NCBI GenBank assembly: GCA_964385605.1
Contig: CAYLPQ010000003.1
Location: 8,203-72,202, forward strand
Direction of reading: 5' to 3'
Length of the DNA stretch: 64,000 nucleotides
DNA from: an uncultured Oscillospiraceae bacterium
Lineage (GTDB): Bacteria > Bacillota > Clostridia > UMGS1883
Shown: piece after piece, positions 47,249 through 56,560 of the stretch
Numbering within the stretch: the stretch's first letter is position 1
How the letters are laid out: the number at the start of each line of letters is the position of its first letter
Translations under genes and position numbers: made by a program
Notes under the pieces: generated by a model
Databases searched by the model: none
What the model saw: the letters and a program-made list of their open reading frames with translations, nothing else
What the model was told of the DNA's origin: nothing

Positions 47249-47584
47249 TTATCTGCACCTCCTTAAATATAAAAGCCCATAAAGGCTATTTTCGCTAAAT
47301 TTACCATAACGATACCAACATAGTATACCGAAAATTATTTTTTTTGTCAATAATTATTTTATTTTTTTTATTTTTAAGTTGAATTTCACCCATTAATCTG
47401 TTATAATTAATTAGATTAATAAATAAAGAGATGTGTAAGTTATTAACAGTTTTTTTTGTAAATATTTGAGTTATTAACATAATTTTTCTCTATTTTGCCC
47501 TGTTTGATGGGGTTTTTAACAGGTTTTATTAACAGGACTGTTTATAACTTTTAAAGAATTTTTTATTGTGAGGGAAATATATTT
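47249..47584. promoter_or_regulatory. oriC part 1: DnaA-box cluster and AT-rich tract upstream of dnaA
   Basis: Identical 9-mers TTATTAACA at 47440-47448, 47471-47479 and 47526-47534. Related sites are TTTTTAACA (47514) and TTATCTGCA (47249). AT-rich tract at 47331-47380. Gene-strand switch occurs here. Confidence 0.75.
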
Positions 47585-48889
47585 ATGTCATCTGATTTAA
47601 TTAAACTCTGGACCGAATGTCTTATGCTTCTTGAAGAAGAGGTTACTCCCGTAGGTTTCAACACCTGGATTAAGGACATAAGACCTATAAAGTTATCAAG
47701 TGATACCTTTACTCTTTCCGTAGGAAGTAACATTATCAAAAATATGGTTGAGATGCGTTACTATGACCTTATTAAAAATACTCTTTGTGAAATAACAGGC
47801 AAAATTTATGAAATTGAGTTTGTTGTGGGAGATTTGGCTGCATCTTCACAAAGAAGAAACGAAAATTCAAGTGTTTATGAAAAATACACATTCGATAATT
47901 TCGTAGTAGGCAATTCAAACCGTTTTGCACAGTGTGCATCACTTGCCGTTGCGGAGGCTCCCGCATATGCGTACAATCCCCTTTTCCTTTACGGCGGTGT
48001 AGGTCTCGGAAAAACTCATCTTATGCATGCTATAGGCAATTACATAAAGGATAACAATCCTAATGCTAAAATTGAATTTTTAAGTGCCGAAACATTTACG
48101 AATGAGCTTATTAATTCAATCAAGGATAATAAAAATCAGGAATTCAGAGATAAATACAGAAATATAGACGTTCTTCTTGTTGACGATATACAATTCATTG
48201 CAGGAAAAACTACTACCGAGGAAGAGTTTTTCCACACATTTAACACCCTGCATGAGGCTAACAGGCAGATTGTACTTACAAGTGACCGTCCTCCCAATGA
48301 AATAAAAACTCTTGAAGAAAGACTACGTTCAAGATTTGGCTGGGGATTAATGTGCGAAATACAGCCACCGGACTATGAAACAAGAATGGCTATTCTTCGC
48401 AAAAAAGCACAAACTGATAATGTAATAATAAGCGATGAAATTATTGAGTTTATTGCGCAGAAAATAAAGTCAAATATCCGTGAGCTTGAAGGAGTTTTTA
48501 ACAGGGTTGTTGCTTACCGCGGACTTATTAACAAGGAAATAACAATTGATGTTGCTATGGAAGCTCTTAAGGATTATGGAGAAAGTAATGAGAAAAAGAT
48601 TACTCCAGACCTTATAATTGATGCCTGTGCAAAATTCTACAACGTTAAAAAAGAAGATATTTACTCAAGAAAGAAAACAAAGGAAATTGCCTTTGCAAGG
48701 CAGGTTGCCATATATCTTATGAGAGAGGTTATTGATTATTCTTTCCCGAAGATTGGTTCTGTTTTTGAAAAAGACCATGCTACTGCTATTTACGGACATA
48801 AGCAGATTTCAAAATTGATGGAAGAGGACATCAGCGTAAAAATAAATATTGAAGGTCTTATAAATGATATAAAAGGTTCAGGTAATTAA
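47585..48889 (+). CDS. dnaA: chromosomal replication initiator DnaA
   Basis: AAA+ motif YGGVGLGKTHLMHA and a C-terminal DNA-binding domain (DHATAIYGHKQI). Confidence 0.98.
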   Translation: MSSDLIKLWTECLMLLEEEVTPVGFNTWIKDIRPIKLSSDTFTLSVGSNIIKNMVEMRYYDLIKNTLCEITGKIYEIEFVVGDLAASSQRRNENSSVYEKYTFDNFVVGNSNRFAQCASLAVAEAPAYAYNPLFLYGGVGLGKTHLMHAIGNYIKDNNPNAKIEFLSAETFTNELINSIKDNKNQEFRDKYRNIDVLLVDDIQFIAGKTTTEEEFFHTFNTLHEANRQIVLTSDRPPNEIKTLEERLRSRFGWGLMCEIQPPDYETRMAILRKKAQTDNVIISDEIIEFIAQKIKSNIRELEGVFNRVVAYRGLINKEITIDVAMEALKDYGESNEKKITPDLIIDACAKFYNVKKEDIYSRKKTKEIAFARQVAIYLMREVIDYSFPKIGSVFEKDHATAIYGHKQISKLMEEDISVKINIEGLINDIKGSGN

Positions 48890-49080
48890 CACTTTTCCTG
48901 TTAATTAACAAAATGCCTCAAAATCTTTCATTTTTTTACAAACTGTTTATTAACAGATGTAAAATGTGTTTTTATCCTTTATAAAGGCTTTTAAGAGAGT
49001 TATTCACATTATAAACCTTACTACTTATACTTTTAATTAATATATATTATTATATATTACGGAAAGGAAGAAATTTAAAA
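48890..49080. promoter_or_regulatory. oriC part 2: DnaA boxes, possible DnaA-trios and unwinding element between dnaA and dnaN
   Basis: TTATTAACA at 48947-48955 and TTATTCACA at 49000-49008 (8/9 to TTATCCACA). Then CTACTTATACTT (trio-like, about 49018-49032) and a pure A/T run, ttttaattaatatatattattatatatta, at about 49031-49059. Confidence 0.7.
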
Positions 49081-50181
49081 ATGAAATTTTTCTGCGATAC
49101 AAAAAATCTTTCGGAAGCTATTAATATTGTTTCCAAGGCTGTTGCCGTTAAATCACCCATTCCTCATCTTGAGGGAATTCTTCTTACAGCACAGGGCGGT
49201 ACTGTAACATTACTTGGTAACAATCTTGAAATTTCAATTAAAACAACTATAAGTGCAAATATTCAGGAAGAGGGAAGTATTGTTCTTAATTCAAAGATGT
49301 TTTCAGACATTGTAAGAAAGCTCCCCCAGGATGTTTGTGAAATAACAACTAATGAAAAAAATAATGTTTCTATTGTTTGTCAGAATTCAGATTATAAAAT
49401 TGTAGGTCTTAATGCTGATGAATTTCCCCAGCCTCCCCAGATTGCAAAGAAAAGCACTATTGTTTTAAAGAGTGAAAAACTCCGTGAAATAATAGGAAAA
49501 ACGTTGTTTGCTGTTTCTATGGATAATGCAAGAAAAATCCTTACAGGCTCCCTTTATGAAATTGAGAACAATAATCTTACAGTTGTTGCAGTTGACGGAT
49601 ACCGCCTTGCCCTTACAAAGATGGAGCTTGAAGGAGACCATGCAGATGCTAAATTTATTATTCCCGGTAAAACGCAGAGCGAAATTTCAAAAATTATAAG
49701 CGGAAGTGAAGATTCCGATATAGTTATTTCCTTTAGCGATAACTATGCTCTTATAGAGGGTGAGGGAATTATTATTACATCACGTCTTATAGAGGGTGAG
49801 TTCTTCTCTTACAGAAATACAATTCCTTCAGAATCAAAATATATTATTAAAACAGACTGTTATTCTTTCGGTAAAGCTATTGAAAGAGTTGAGCCTATTA
49901 TTGATGAAGTAAGTAAAAACTGCGTAAGATTTAAATTTGGTAACGGAAAAATAAACATAAGCTGTGAAACAGTTCTCGGTAAAGTAAATGACATTGTTGA
50001 ATGTGAATATTTCGGTGAAGATATAGAGATAGGATTTAACTATAAATACCTTCATGATGCTGTTTCTAGATGTGACAGCGATGAAATTGAGCTTAAGATG
50101 AATTCTCCATTCAATCCTCTTATTATAAATTCTCCGGAGGATGACAGTTATCTGTATATGGTATTACCTGTAAGAATATGA
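49081..50181 (+). CDS. dnaN: DNA polymerase III beta sliding clamp
   Basis: 366 aa, three-domain beta clamp. Canonical position after dnaA. Confidence 0.97.
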   Translation: MKFFCDTKNLSEAINIVSKAVAVKSPIPHLEGILLTAQGGTVTLLGNNLEISIKTTISANIQEEGSIVLNSKMFSDIVRKLPQDVCEITTNEKNNVSIVCQNSDYKIVGLNADEFPQPPQIAKKSTIVLKSEKLREIIGKTLFAVSMDNARKILTGSLYEIENNNLTVVAVDGYRLALTKMELEGDHADAKFIIPGKTQSEISKIISGSEDSDIVISFSDNYALIEGEGIIITSRLIEGEFFSYRNTIPSESKYIIKTDCYSFGKAIERVEPIIDEVSKNCVRFKFGNGKINISCETVLGKVNDIVECEYFGEDIEIGFNYKYLHDAVSRCDSDEIELKMNSPFNPLIINSPEDDSYLYMVLPVRI

Positions 50182-50182
50182 C

Positions 50183-50211
50183 GAGATGTTAAAAAGCTCC
50201 AGATCGCAAAA
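50183..50211 (+). repeat. stop-adjacent conserved box, copy C
   Basis: TGA-C-GAGATGTTAAAAAGCTCCAGATCGCAAAA. 28/29 identical to the reverse complement of 13108-13136. Confidence 0.8.
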
Positions 50212-50236
50212 CGAATTTCGGATTGATTCGTTTTGC
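50206..50236 (+). repeat. hairpin GCAAAACGAAT...ATTCGTTTTGC
   Basis: 11-bp stem. The arm sequences plus the following TAC are shared with the 56-nt palindrome at 8996-9051. A related hairpin lies at 59653-59676. Confidence 0.65.
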
Positions 50237-50237
50237 T

Positions 50238-50309
50238 ACGCACAAACGTCACCTCGACGTACCCACCACGTATGCCTTCGGTTCCGCCCTTCGGGATTCG
50301 TTTGTACGT
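50238..50309 (+). repeat. structured ~70-nt element, copy 1
   Basis: ACGCACAAACG-[50 nt containing TCACCTC, TACCCAC and CCCTTCGGG]-CGTTTGTACGT. Its 11-bp stem covaries with copy 2 at 44737-44805. Confidence 0.7.
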
Positions 50310-50375
50310 TCTGAAACTTTTTTCCTGTCTCTTTGGAAGTTTTAAAAATATAATTTTTAAAAAATAGGTGTAGTT

Positions 50376-50579
50376 ATGATTATAGAAATAAACACAGAAT
50401 ATATAAAGCTTGATTCTGCTTTGAAGTTTGCAGGAATTGCGGAAAATGGTGCTCACGCAAAGGAGCTTATTCTTGACGGACTTATAAAGGTAAACGGTGA
50501 GGTTGAGTTGAGAAGGGGAAAAAAGCTTTATAAAGGAGACAAATTCAGAATAGAAGACGAGGAATTTGAAATAGGATGA
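50376..50579 (+). CDS. yaaA: S4-domain RNA-binding protein YaaA
   Basis: 67 aa with an S4 fold (IKLDSALKFAGIAENGAHAKELI..VNGEVE.RRGKKL). Conserved dnaN-yaaA-recF order. Confidence 0.88.
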   Translation: MIIEINTEYIKLDSALKFAGIAENGAHAKELILDGLIKVNGEVELRRGKKLYKGDKFRIEDEEFEIG

Positions 50580-51652
50580 GAGCTTCAGGATTAGAACTCT
50601 ATAATTTCAGAAATTACGAAAATGAAAAAATTTCTTTCGGGGATGAGGTTAATATAATTTACGGCGATAACGGTATGGGTAAAACAAATATACTTGAAGC
50701 TGTTTATTATTTCTCCTATGGAAGAAGCTTTCGCACAGGCGGACGTGAAATAATAAAAGACGGTGAGAAAGAAGGAAGAATAGCACTTTCATTCTTAAAT
50801 AATGAGAGAAATTATGAAGGTGAAATTAAATTTTTAAGCGGAAAAAGAAAAGAAATTTATCTTAATGAGATTGAGCTTAAAAAAACAAGTCAGCTTCTGG
50901 GTAATTTTATATGTGTTCTTTTCACACCTGATGAAATGTCCATTATAAAAGGAATGCCTGATTCAAGAAGAAGATTTTGTGACAGTTCTATAATGCCTCT
51001 TCGTCCCCAGTTTATAAAGGAGCTTATTAATTACAGAAATATTATTAACCAGAAAACGGCTCTTTTAAAATCAAAAAGATACGAAACCCTTGACATATGG
51101 AATGAAAAGCTTGCAGAATGCGGAAGTAAAATAATGGTGATGCGCTCAAGCTATATTAAAAGAATAGAGGAAAAAGCCGCTCTTTTACAAAAGGATATTT
51201 CTCTTAAAAAGGAAAATCTCACGGTAAGATATAATCCGTCTGTAAAAATGGGAGAAAGCCTTGATGAAATAAAAGAAAATTTTCTTACAAAGCTTGAAGA
51301 ATACAAAGAAAAAGAAAAGGAAAATTTCTTCTGTATGGCAGGTATTCACCGTGACGAAATAGATTTTGAAATAAACGGAAAGCCTGCAAAAACTTACGCA
51401 AGTCAAGGACAGATAAGGACTGCTGTTTTATGTCTTAAATCGGCACAGATGGAAATAATCAAAGAAGAAACGGGTTCGTACCCTGTTATGCTTTTAGACG
51501 ATATTTTAAGTGAACTCGACAAAAAAAGACGTGATTTTCTAATATCCAGGATAAAGGGAAAACAGATTATAATAACCTGCACAGACCTTGAAAATTCTTT
51601 TATGAATAAAAACACAAATATTATAAATATAAAAGAGGGAAAGGTAATTTAA
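50576..51652 (+). CDS. recF: DNA replication/repair protein RecF
   Basis: Walker A GDNGMGKTNILEA and an SMC-like signature (ASQGQIRT). ATGA overlap with yaaA. Confidence 0.95.
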   Translation: MRASGLELYNFRNYENEKISFGDEVNIIYGDNGMGKTNILEAVYYFSYGRSFRTGGREIIKDGEKEGRIALSFLNNERNYEGEIKFLSGKRKEIYLNEIELKKTSQLLGNFICVLFTPDEMSIIKGMPDSRRRFCDSSIMPLRPQFIKELINYRNIINQKTALLKSKRYETLDIWNEKLAECGSKIMVMRSSYIKRIEEKAALLQKDISLKKENLTVRYNPSVKMGESLDEIKENFLTKLEEYKEKEKENFFCMAGIHRDEIDFEINGKPAKTYASQGQIRTAVLCLKSAQMEIIKEETGSYPVMLLDDILSELDKKRRDFLISRIKGKQIIITCTDLENSFMNKNTNIINIKEGKVI

Positions 51653-51658
51653 AAGAAT

Positions 51659-51931
51659 ATGTTTTTACATATAGGTGACAGAAAAATAATAAGTAAAAAA
51701 GAAATAATAGGGATTTTTAACCTTGAAACCACGTCTGTAAGTAAAAAAACACGGGAATTTCTCCGTATGAATGATAAAAAAGGAAATATTGAATATATTT
51801 CGGAGGATATTCCAAAAACATATATAATTTGCAGCTCTGAAAAGAAAAAGAAAGTATATGTGTCGCAGATTTCATCCCAGACACTTTACAAAAGAGCAGA
51901 AAGGATTGACTCAATTGGAACAGAAAATTAA
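51659..51931 (+). CDS. remB: DUF370 protein (YaaB/RemB-like)
   Basis: [20 protein letters not shown] is typical of DUF370. Conserved position between recF and gyrB. Confidence 0.85.
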   Translation: MFLHIGDRKIISKKEIIGIFNLETTSVSKKTREFLRMNDKKGNIEYISEDIPKTYIICSSEKKKKVYVSQISSQTLYKRAERIDSIGTEN

Positions 51932-53852
51932 TACTGCCTATGACGAAAATCAAATACAGGTACTGGAAGGACTTGAAGCTGTACGGAAAAGACCGGGTAT
52001 GTACATCGGCTCAACATCGGCAAGGGGTCTGCATCATCTTGTGTATGAAATAGTGGACAACAGTATTGACGAAGCATTGGCGGGATACTGTACACAGATA
52101 GATGTAACTCTGAACAGTGACGGCAGTGTATCTGTAAAGGATAACGGCCGTGGTATGCCTCACGGTATTCACCCGAAAATGGGTATATCCACAATCGACG
52201 TTATTTTTACAGTGCTTCACGCAGGCGGTAAATTCGGCGGCGGAGGATACAAGGTTTCCGGTGGTCTTCACGGTGTTGGTGCGTCTGTTGTTAATGCTCT
52301 TTCAACAAAGCTTGAGGTAGAAGTTCACGACGGAGAAAACATATGGTTCCAGAGCTATAAGCGCGGTGTTCCCGACGGTGAGGTTCACAAAACAGGTACT
52401 ACAGACAGGACAGGTACACAGGTAACCTTCTGGGCTGACGGTGAAATATTCGATGAAACTGTTTATGATTATGAAGTTCTTTTAAAGAGACTTCGTGAGC
52501 AGGCATTCCTTAACGGTGGTATTAAAATAATATTCAAGGATGACAGAGAAGAAAAGAGAGAAGAAGTTTTGCAGTATGAGGGCGGTATTAAAAACTTCGT
52601 TTCTTATCTTTTTAACGATAAAAAGCAGAGAAAAGATACTCTTGAGGAAGTTCACAGTGAAGTAATTTACGTAAGCGGTGAAAAAAAGGGTAGTATGGCA
52701 GAGGTTGCTCTCCAGTGGAATACCGGATATGACGAGGTCATTGAGTCATTTGCCAACAATATTTCCACAACAGAGGGCGGTATGCATGAAACAGGCTTTA
52801 AATCTGCTCTTACAAAGGTACTTTTCGAATACGGAAGAAAATATAAGCTTATTAAAGATAATGAGGAATTAACCGGCGAAGATGCGCGAGAGGGTCTTAT
52901 AGCTGTTATTTCGGTTAAGCTTGAAGAACCCCAGTTTGAGGGTCAGACAAAGACAAAGCTCGGAAATTCCGAAATGCGTACTCTTGTAGAAAGTATGGTT
53001 AAGGAAAAGCTTGCAGATTTTCTTGAGGAAAATCCCGATGTTGGTAAGGCTATTATTGAAAAGGCTCTTATGGCATCTCGTGCAAGACTTGCTGCAAGAA
53101 GAGCAAGAGAAGCTACAAGAAAAACTCCTCTCGGTTCAAGCACTCTTCCCGGTAAATTAACAGATTGTATCGTAAAAGACCCCACAAAGACGGAAATTTA
53201 CATCGTCGAGGGTGATAGTGCGGGCGGTAGCGCAAAGAACGGAAGAGACAGTAAATATCAGGCAATACTTCCTCTCTGGGGTAAGATGCTTAACGTAGAA
53301 AAAGCAAGAGAGGATAAAGTTTACGGCAATGACAAGCTTACTCCCGTAATTCAGGCACTGGGAACAGGAATAGGTGGAGAATTTAATCTTGAAAAGCTTC
53401 GTTATGACAAAGTAATTATTATGGCCGATGCCGACGTTGACGGTGCGCATATTCAGACACTTCTTCTGACATTCTTCTTCAGATTTATGCGTGAGCTTAT
53501 AGAAACAGGTCATATTTATCTTGCAAAGCCTCCGCTGTACAAGTTATCAAGAGGTAAGAAAACACAGGTTGCTTTCAGTGATGAAGAAAGAGATCAGATA
53601 AGTGAAGAAATGAAAAACGGCGATGTAAATGCAAAGGTTGATATAAGCCGTTACAAAGGTCTTGGTGAAATGAATCCCGAAGAACTCTGGGAAACAACTA
53701 TGGACCCCAAGAACAGAATACTTCTTAAGGTAACTCTTGAGGATGCTGCAAAAGCAGACGAGATATTCAGTATTCTTATGGGTGACGAGGTAGAGCCCAG
53801 ACGTGTATTTATTGAAGAAAATGCACAGTATGTAACTAACTTGGATGTGTAA
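51915..53852 (+). CDS. gyrB: DNA gyrase subunit B
   Basis: [24 protein letters not shown], Toprim [10 protein letters not shown], and [12 protein letters not shown]. Likely TTG start at 51915, 9 nt after GAAAGGA; the track ATG at 51858 would overlap remB by 74 nt. Confidence 0.93.
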   Translation: MEQKINTAYDENQIQVLEGLEAVRKRPGMYIGSTSARGLHHLVYEIVDNSIDEALAGYCTQIDVTLNSDGSVSVKDNGRGMPHGIHPKMGISTIDVIFTVLHAGGKFGGGGYKVSGGLHGVGASVVNALSTKLEVEVHDGENIWFQSYKRGVPDGEVHKTGTTDRTGTQVTFWADGEIFDETVYDYEVLLKRLREQAFLNGGIKIIFKDDREEKREEVLQYEGGIKNFVSYLFNDKKQRKDTLEEVHSEVIYVSGEKKGSMAEVALQWNTGYDEVIESFANNISTTEGGMHETGFKSALTKVLFEYGRKYKLIKDNEELTGEDAREGLIAVISVKLEEPQFEGQTKTKLGNSEMRTLVESMVKEKLADFLEENPDVGKAIIEKALMASRARLAARRAREATRKTPLGSSTLPGKLTDCIVKDPTKTEIYIVEGDSAGGSAKNGRDSKYQAILPLWGKMLNVEKAREDKVYGNDKLTPVIQALGTGIGGEFNLEKLRYDKVIIMADADVDGAHIQTLLLTFFFRFMRELIETGHIYLAKPPLYKLSRGKKTQVAFSDEERDQISEEMKNGDVNAKVDISRYKGLGEMNPEELWETTMDPKNRILLKVTLEDAAKADEIFSILMGDEVEPRRVFIEENAQYVTNLDV

Positions 53853-53975
53853 GCAGACTGTGCCTGCACCCATGTCGCGCACTTGATAATTAAAACACAG
53901 TTCACGCGACAAAGAAGGTACGGTGAATAAGGTGTACCTTCATATCTTTCAGTAAAAGAAAGGAACTAATAAAAA

Positions 53976-56495
53976 ATGGCTAAACATAAGAATTACGAAG
54001 ATTCTCATTTTGAAGAATACTTCGACACACAAACCATTGTAGATATAGACATCGAAAAACGTATGAAAGAGGCTTTCATTGACTATGCAATGAGTGTTAT
54101 TGTAAGCCGTGCGCTTCCGGATGTCCGTGACGGTCTTAAGCCTGTTCACAGAAGAATACTTTATTCAATGTACGAGGAAAATCTTACATCGGATAAGCCT
54201 TTCTTCAAATCTGCTACAACCGTAGGTAACGTTATAGGTAGATACCATCCCCACGGTGACGCATCCGTTTACGATGCAATGGTAAGACTTGCCCAGGATT
54301 TCTCTATGCGTTACCCGCTGATTGACGGTCACGGTAACTTTGGTAGTGTCGACGGTGACCCGCCGGCTGCTTACCGTTATACCGAGGCAAGAATGAGTAA
54401 GCTTTCAAACGTTCTTCTCGAAAATATTGAGAAAAATACTGTTGATTTTGCTCCCAACTTCGACGAAAAGAGAAAAGAGCCCACAATCCTTCCTACAAGA
54501 ATCCCCACACTGCTTGTAAACGGTAGTAGCGGTATTGCTGTAGGTATGGCTACAAATATACCTCCTCACAACCTGACCGAGGTACTTAACGGAGCAATTG
54601 CACAGATTGATAACCCCGATATTACCGTGGAGGAGTTGATGGAGTATATTCAGGGTCCTGACTTCCCCACAAGTGCCACAATTATGGGAAGAAGCGGTAT
54701 CAGAAGTGCATATAGCACAGGACGCGGTAAAATCGTTATCCGTGCAAAAGCTACTATTGAGGAGCATAAGGATGGTACTTCTTCAATTATCGTTACAGAG
54801 CTTCCCTATCAGGTTAATAAGAAGATGCTCGTGGAATCTATTGCTAACCTTGTTAAGGAAAAGAAAATTGAGGGACTTTCCGACATTGATGACCATTCAT
54901 CAGACCGTGTAGGTATCCGTCTTGAAATATTCCTCAAGCGCGATGCAAACCCCTATGTTGTACTTAATCAGCTTTATAAATATACACGTCTTCAGGACAG
55001 CTTTTCTGTAAATCTTCTTGCAATTCACGACGGAAAGCCCAAAACAATGGGTCTTAAAGAGGTGCTCGCTCACTTTATCACATTCCAGGAGGAGATAGTT
55101 ACCCGCCGTACACAGTATGACCTGGAAAAAGCAGAAGCGAGAATGCATATACTCGAAGGTTTACGTATTGCTCTTGCAAATATTGATGAAATTATAGACG
55201 TTATAAGAAACTCCTACGATGATGCAAAGGAAAATCTTATGGCGCGCTTCGGACTTTCTGAAATTCAGGCGCAGAGTGTACTTGATATGCGTCTTGCACA
55301 GCTGCAGAGACTGAATGGCGAGAAAATTGAGGAAGAATATCAGGAGCTTACTCTCCGTGTTGAGGGATATAAGGCACTTCTTGCTGATAAGAATCTCCTT
55401 AACGAAAAAATTAAGGAGGAGCTTTCTGAAATCCGCGATAAATTCGGCGATGAAAGAAAGACAAATATCGAAAATGTAATGACTGAAATTGACATAGAAG
55501 ACCTTATTGAAGAGGAGGAAAGTGTGTATACACTTACTCATTTCGGTTATCTTAAACGTATACCTGCCGCAACATATCAGAGTCAGCACAGAGGCGGTAA
55601 GGGAATAAAAGGTCTTTCCACAAGGGATGAGGATTTCGTTGAAAATATCATCGTTGCTTCAACCCATACAAATATGCTTTTCTTTACAAACAAGGGCAGA
55701 ATGTACAGAATTAAAGGCTATCAGATTCCCGAAGCAGGCAGACAGGCAAAGGGAAGCGCTATTGTAAATCTTCTCCCCATTGAAAAAGAGGAGAAGGTTA
55801 CGGCTGTTATTTCTGTGCCCAAATTTGAAGAAGATAAGTATCTTCTTATGTGTACAAGAAATGGTATTATCAAGAAAACTGCCGTTACAGATTACGACAC
55901 ATCCCGTAAGGGCGGTATTATCGGTATCGTTCTTGACGAGGGTGATGAGCTTATAAAGGTTGAACTTACAGACGGCGAAAACGACGTTATTGTAGGTACA
56001 AACAGCGGTATGGCTATCCGCTTCAACGAAAAGGATGTCCGCTCTATGGGCAGAGTAACACGCGGTGTTAAGTCTATTAATCTCCGCGGTGAGGATTATG
56101 TTGTTGGTATGTGCCTTGCAATAGAGGGTACGGAGCTTCTTACAGTAACGGAAAACGGCTACGGTAAGAGAACGGATATTTCCGAATACCGCGTTCAGTC
56201 AAGAGCAGGTGTAGGTATAAAGAACTACAAGTGCAGTGATGTGACAGGTAATGTTGTAGGTCTCCGAACTGTTTCCGATGATGAGGATATTTTGCTTATA
56301 ACAAGTGAGGGTATTATTATAAGAATTGCCGCAAACGGTATCAGCTCCATCGGCAGAAGCACCAAGGGTGTAAGACTTATGCGCCTTAATGAGGGGGTAA
56401 GTGTTGTATCAATGGGTGTGACAGAGCACGAAGAGCCAGAAGAAGAAACAACAGAAGAAAGCAGTGAAAATTCTTCGGAAGAAGTAACAGAATAA
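53976..56495 (+). CDS. gyrA: DNA gyrase subunit A
   Basis: Active-site region [10 protein letters not shown], a QRDR-like [17 protein letters not shown], a C-terminal beta-pinwheel, and an acidic tail. Confidence 0.98.
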   Translation: MAKHKNYEDSHFEEYFDTQTIVDIDIEKRMKEAFIDYAMSVIVSRALPDVRDGLKPVHRRILYSMYEENLTSDKPFFKSATTVGNVIGRYHPHGDASVYDAMVRLAQDFSMRYPLIDGHGNFGSVDGDPPAAYRYTEARMSKLSNVLLENIEKNTVDFAPNFDEKRKEPTILPTRIPTLLVNGSSGIAVGMATNIPPHNLTEVLNGAIAQIDNPDITVEELMEYIQGPDFPTSATIMGRSGIRSAYSTGRGKIVIRAKATIEEHKDGTSSIIVTELPYQVNKKMLVESIANLVKEKKIEGLSDIDDHSSDRVGIRLEIFLKRDANPYVVLNQLYKYTRLQDSFSVNLLAIHDGKPKTMGLKEVLAHFITFQEEIVTRRTQYDLEKAEARMHILEGLRIALANIDEIIDVIRNSYDDAKENLMARFGLSEIQAQSVLDMRLAQLQRLNGEKIEEEYQELTLRVEGYKALLADKNLLNEKIKEELSEIRDKFGDERKTNIENVMTEIDIEDLIEEEESVYTLTHFGYLKRIPAATYQSQHRGGKGIKGLSTRDEDFVENIIVASTHTNMLFFTNKGRMYRIKGYQIPEAGRQAKGSAIVNLLPIEKEEKVTAVISVPKFEEDKYLLMCTRNGIIKKTAVTDYDTSRKGGIIGIVLDEGDELIKVELTDGENDVIVGTNSGMAIRFNEKDVRSMGRVTRGVKSINLRGEDYVVGMCLAIEGTELLTVTENGYGKRTDISEYRVQSRAGVGIKNYKCSDVTGNVVGLRTVSDDEDILLITSEGIIIRIAANGISSIGRSTKGVRLMRLNEGVSVVSMGVTEHEEPEEETTEESSENSSEEVTE

Positions 56496-56560
56496 CAATT
56501 TGCCGACTGCCTTAAAAAGGTGGTCGGCAAATAATGTATTAATGGAAAGGGTGGTATAAA

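Noticed and set aside
50187-50318. Short ORFs starting at the ATG inside the conserved box: MLKSSRSQNEF... 43 aa here, MLKSSRAQKGKN at 13131, MLKLPEDF... at 21042, MLKLPGTG... at 18776.
   Set aside because: The GGAG abuts the ATG with no spacer. Lengths range from 5 to 49 codons, and the peptides diverge right after the box. Conservation is at the nucleotide level, not the protein level.
50148-50456. 102-aa minus-strand ORF spanning the dnaN-yaaA spacer.
   Set aside because: It runs antisense through the dnaN stop and the yaaA start, and is made largely of the repeat modules. It has no ribosome-binding site. The repeat/RNA explanation fits better.
53853-53975. A possible further copy of the stop-adjacent box in the gyrB-gyrA spacer (CTTGATAATTAAAACACAG).
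   Set aside because: Similarity is limited to an A/T-rich core. It does not begin at the stop codon and lacks the GCYCC part, so it cannot be told apart from chance.
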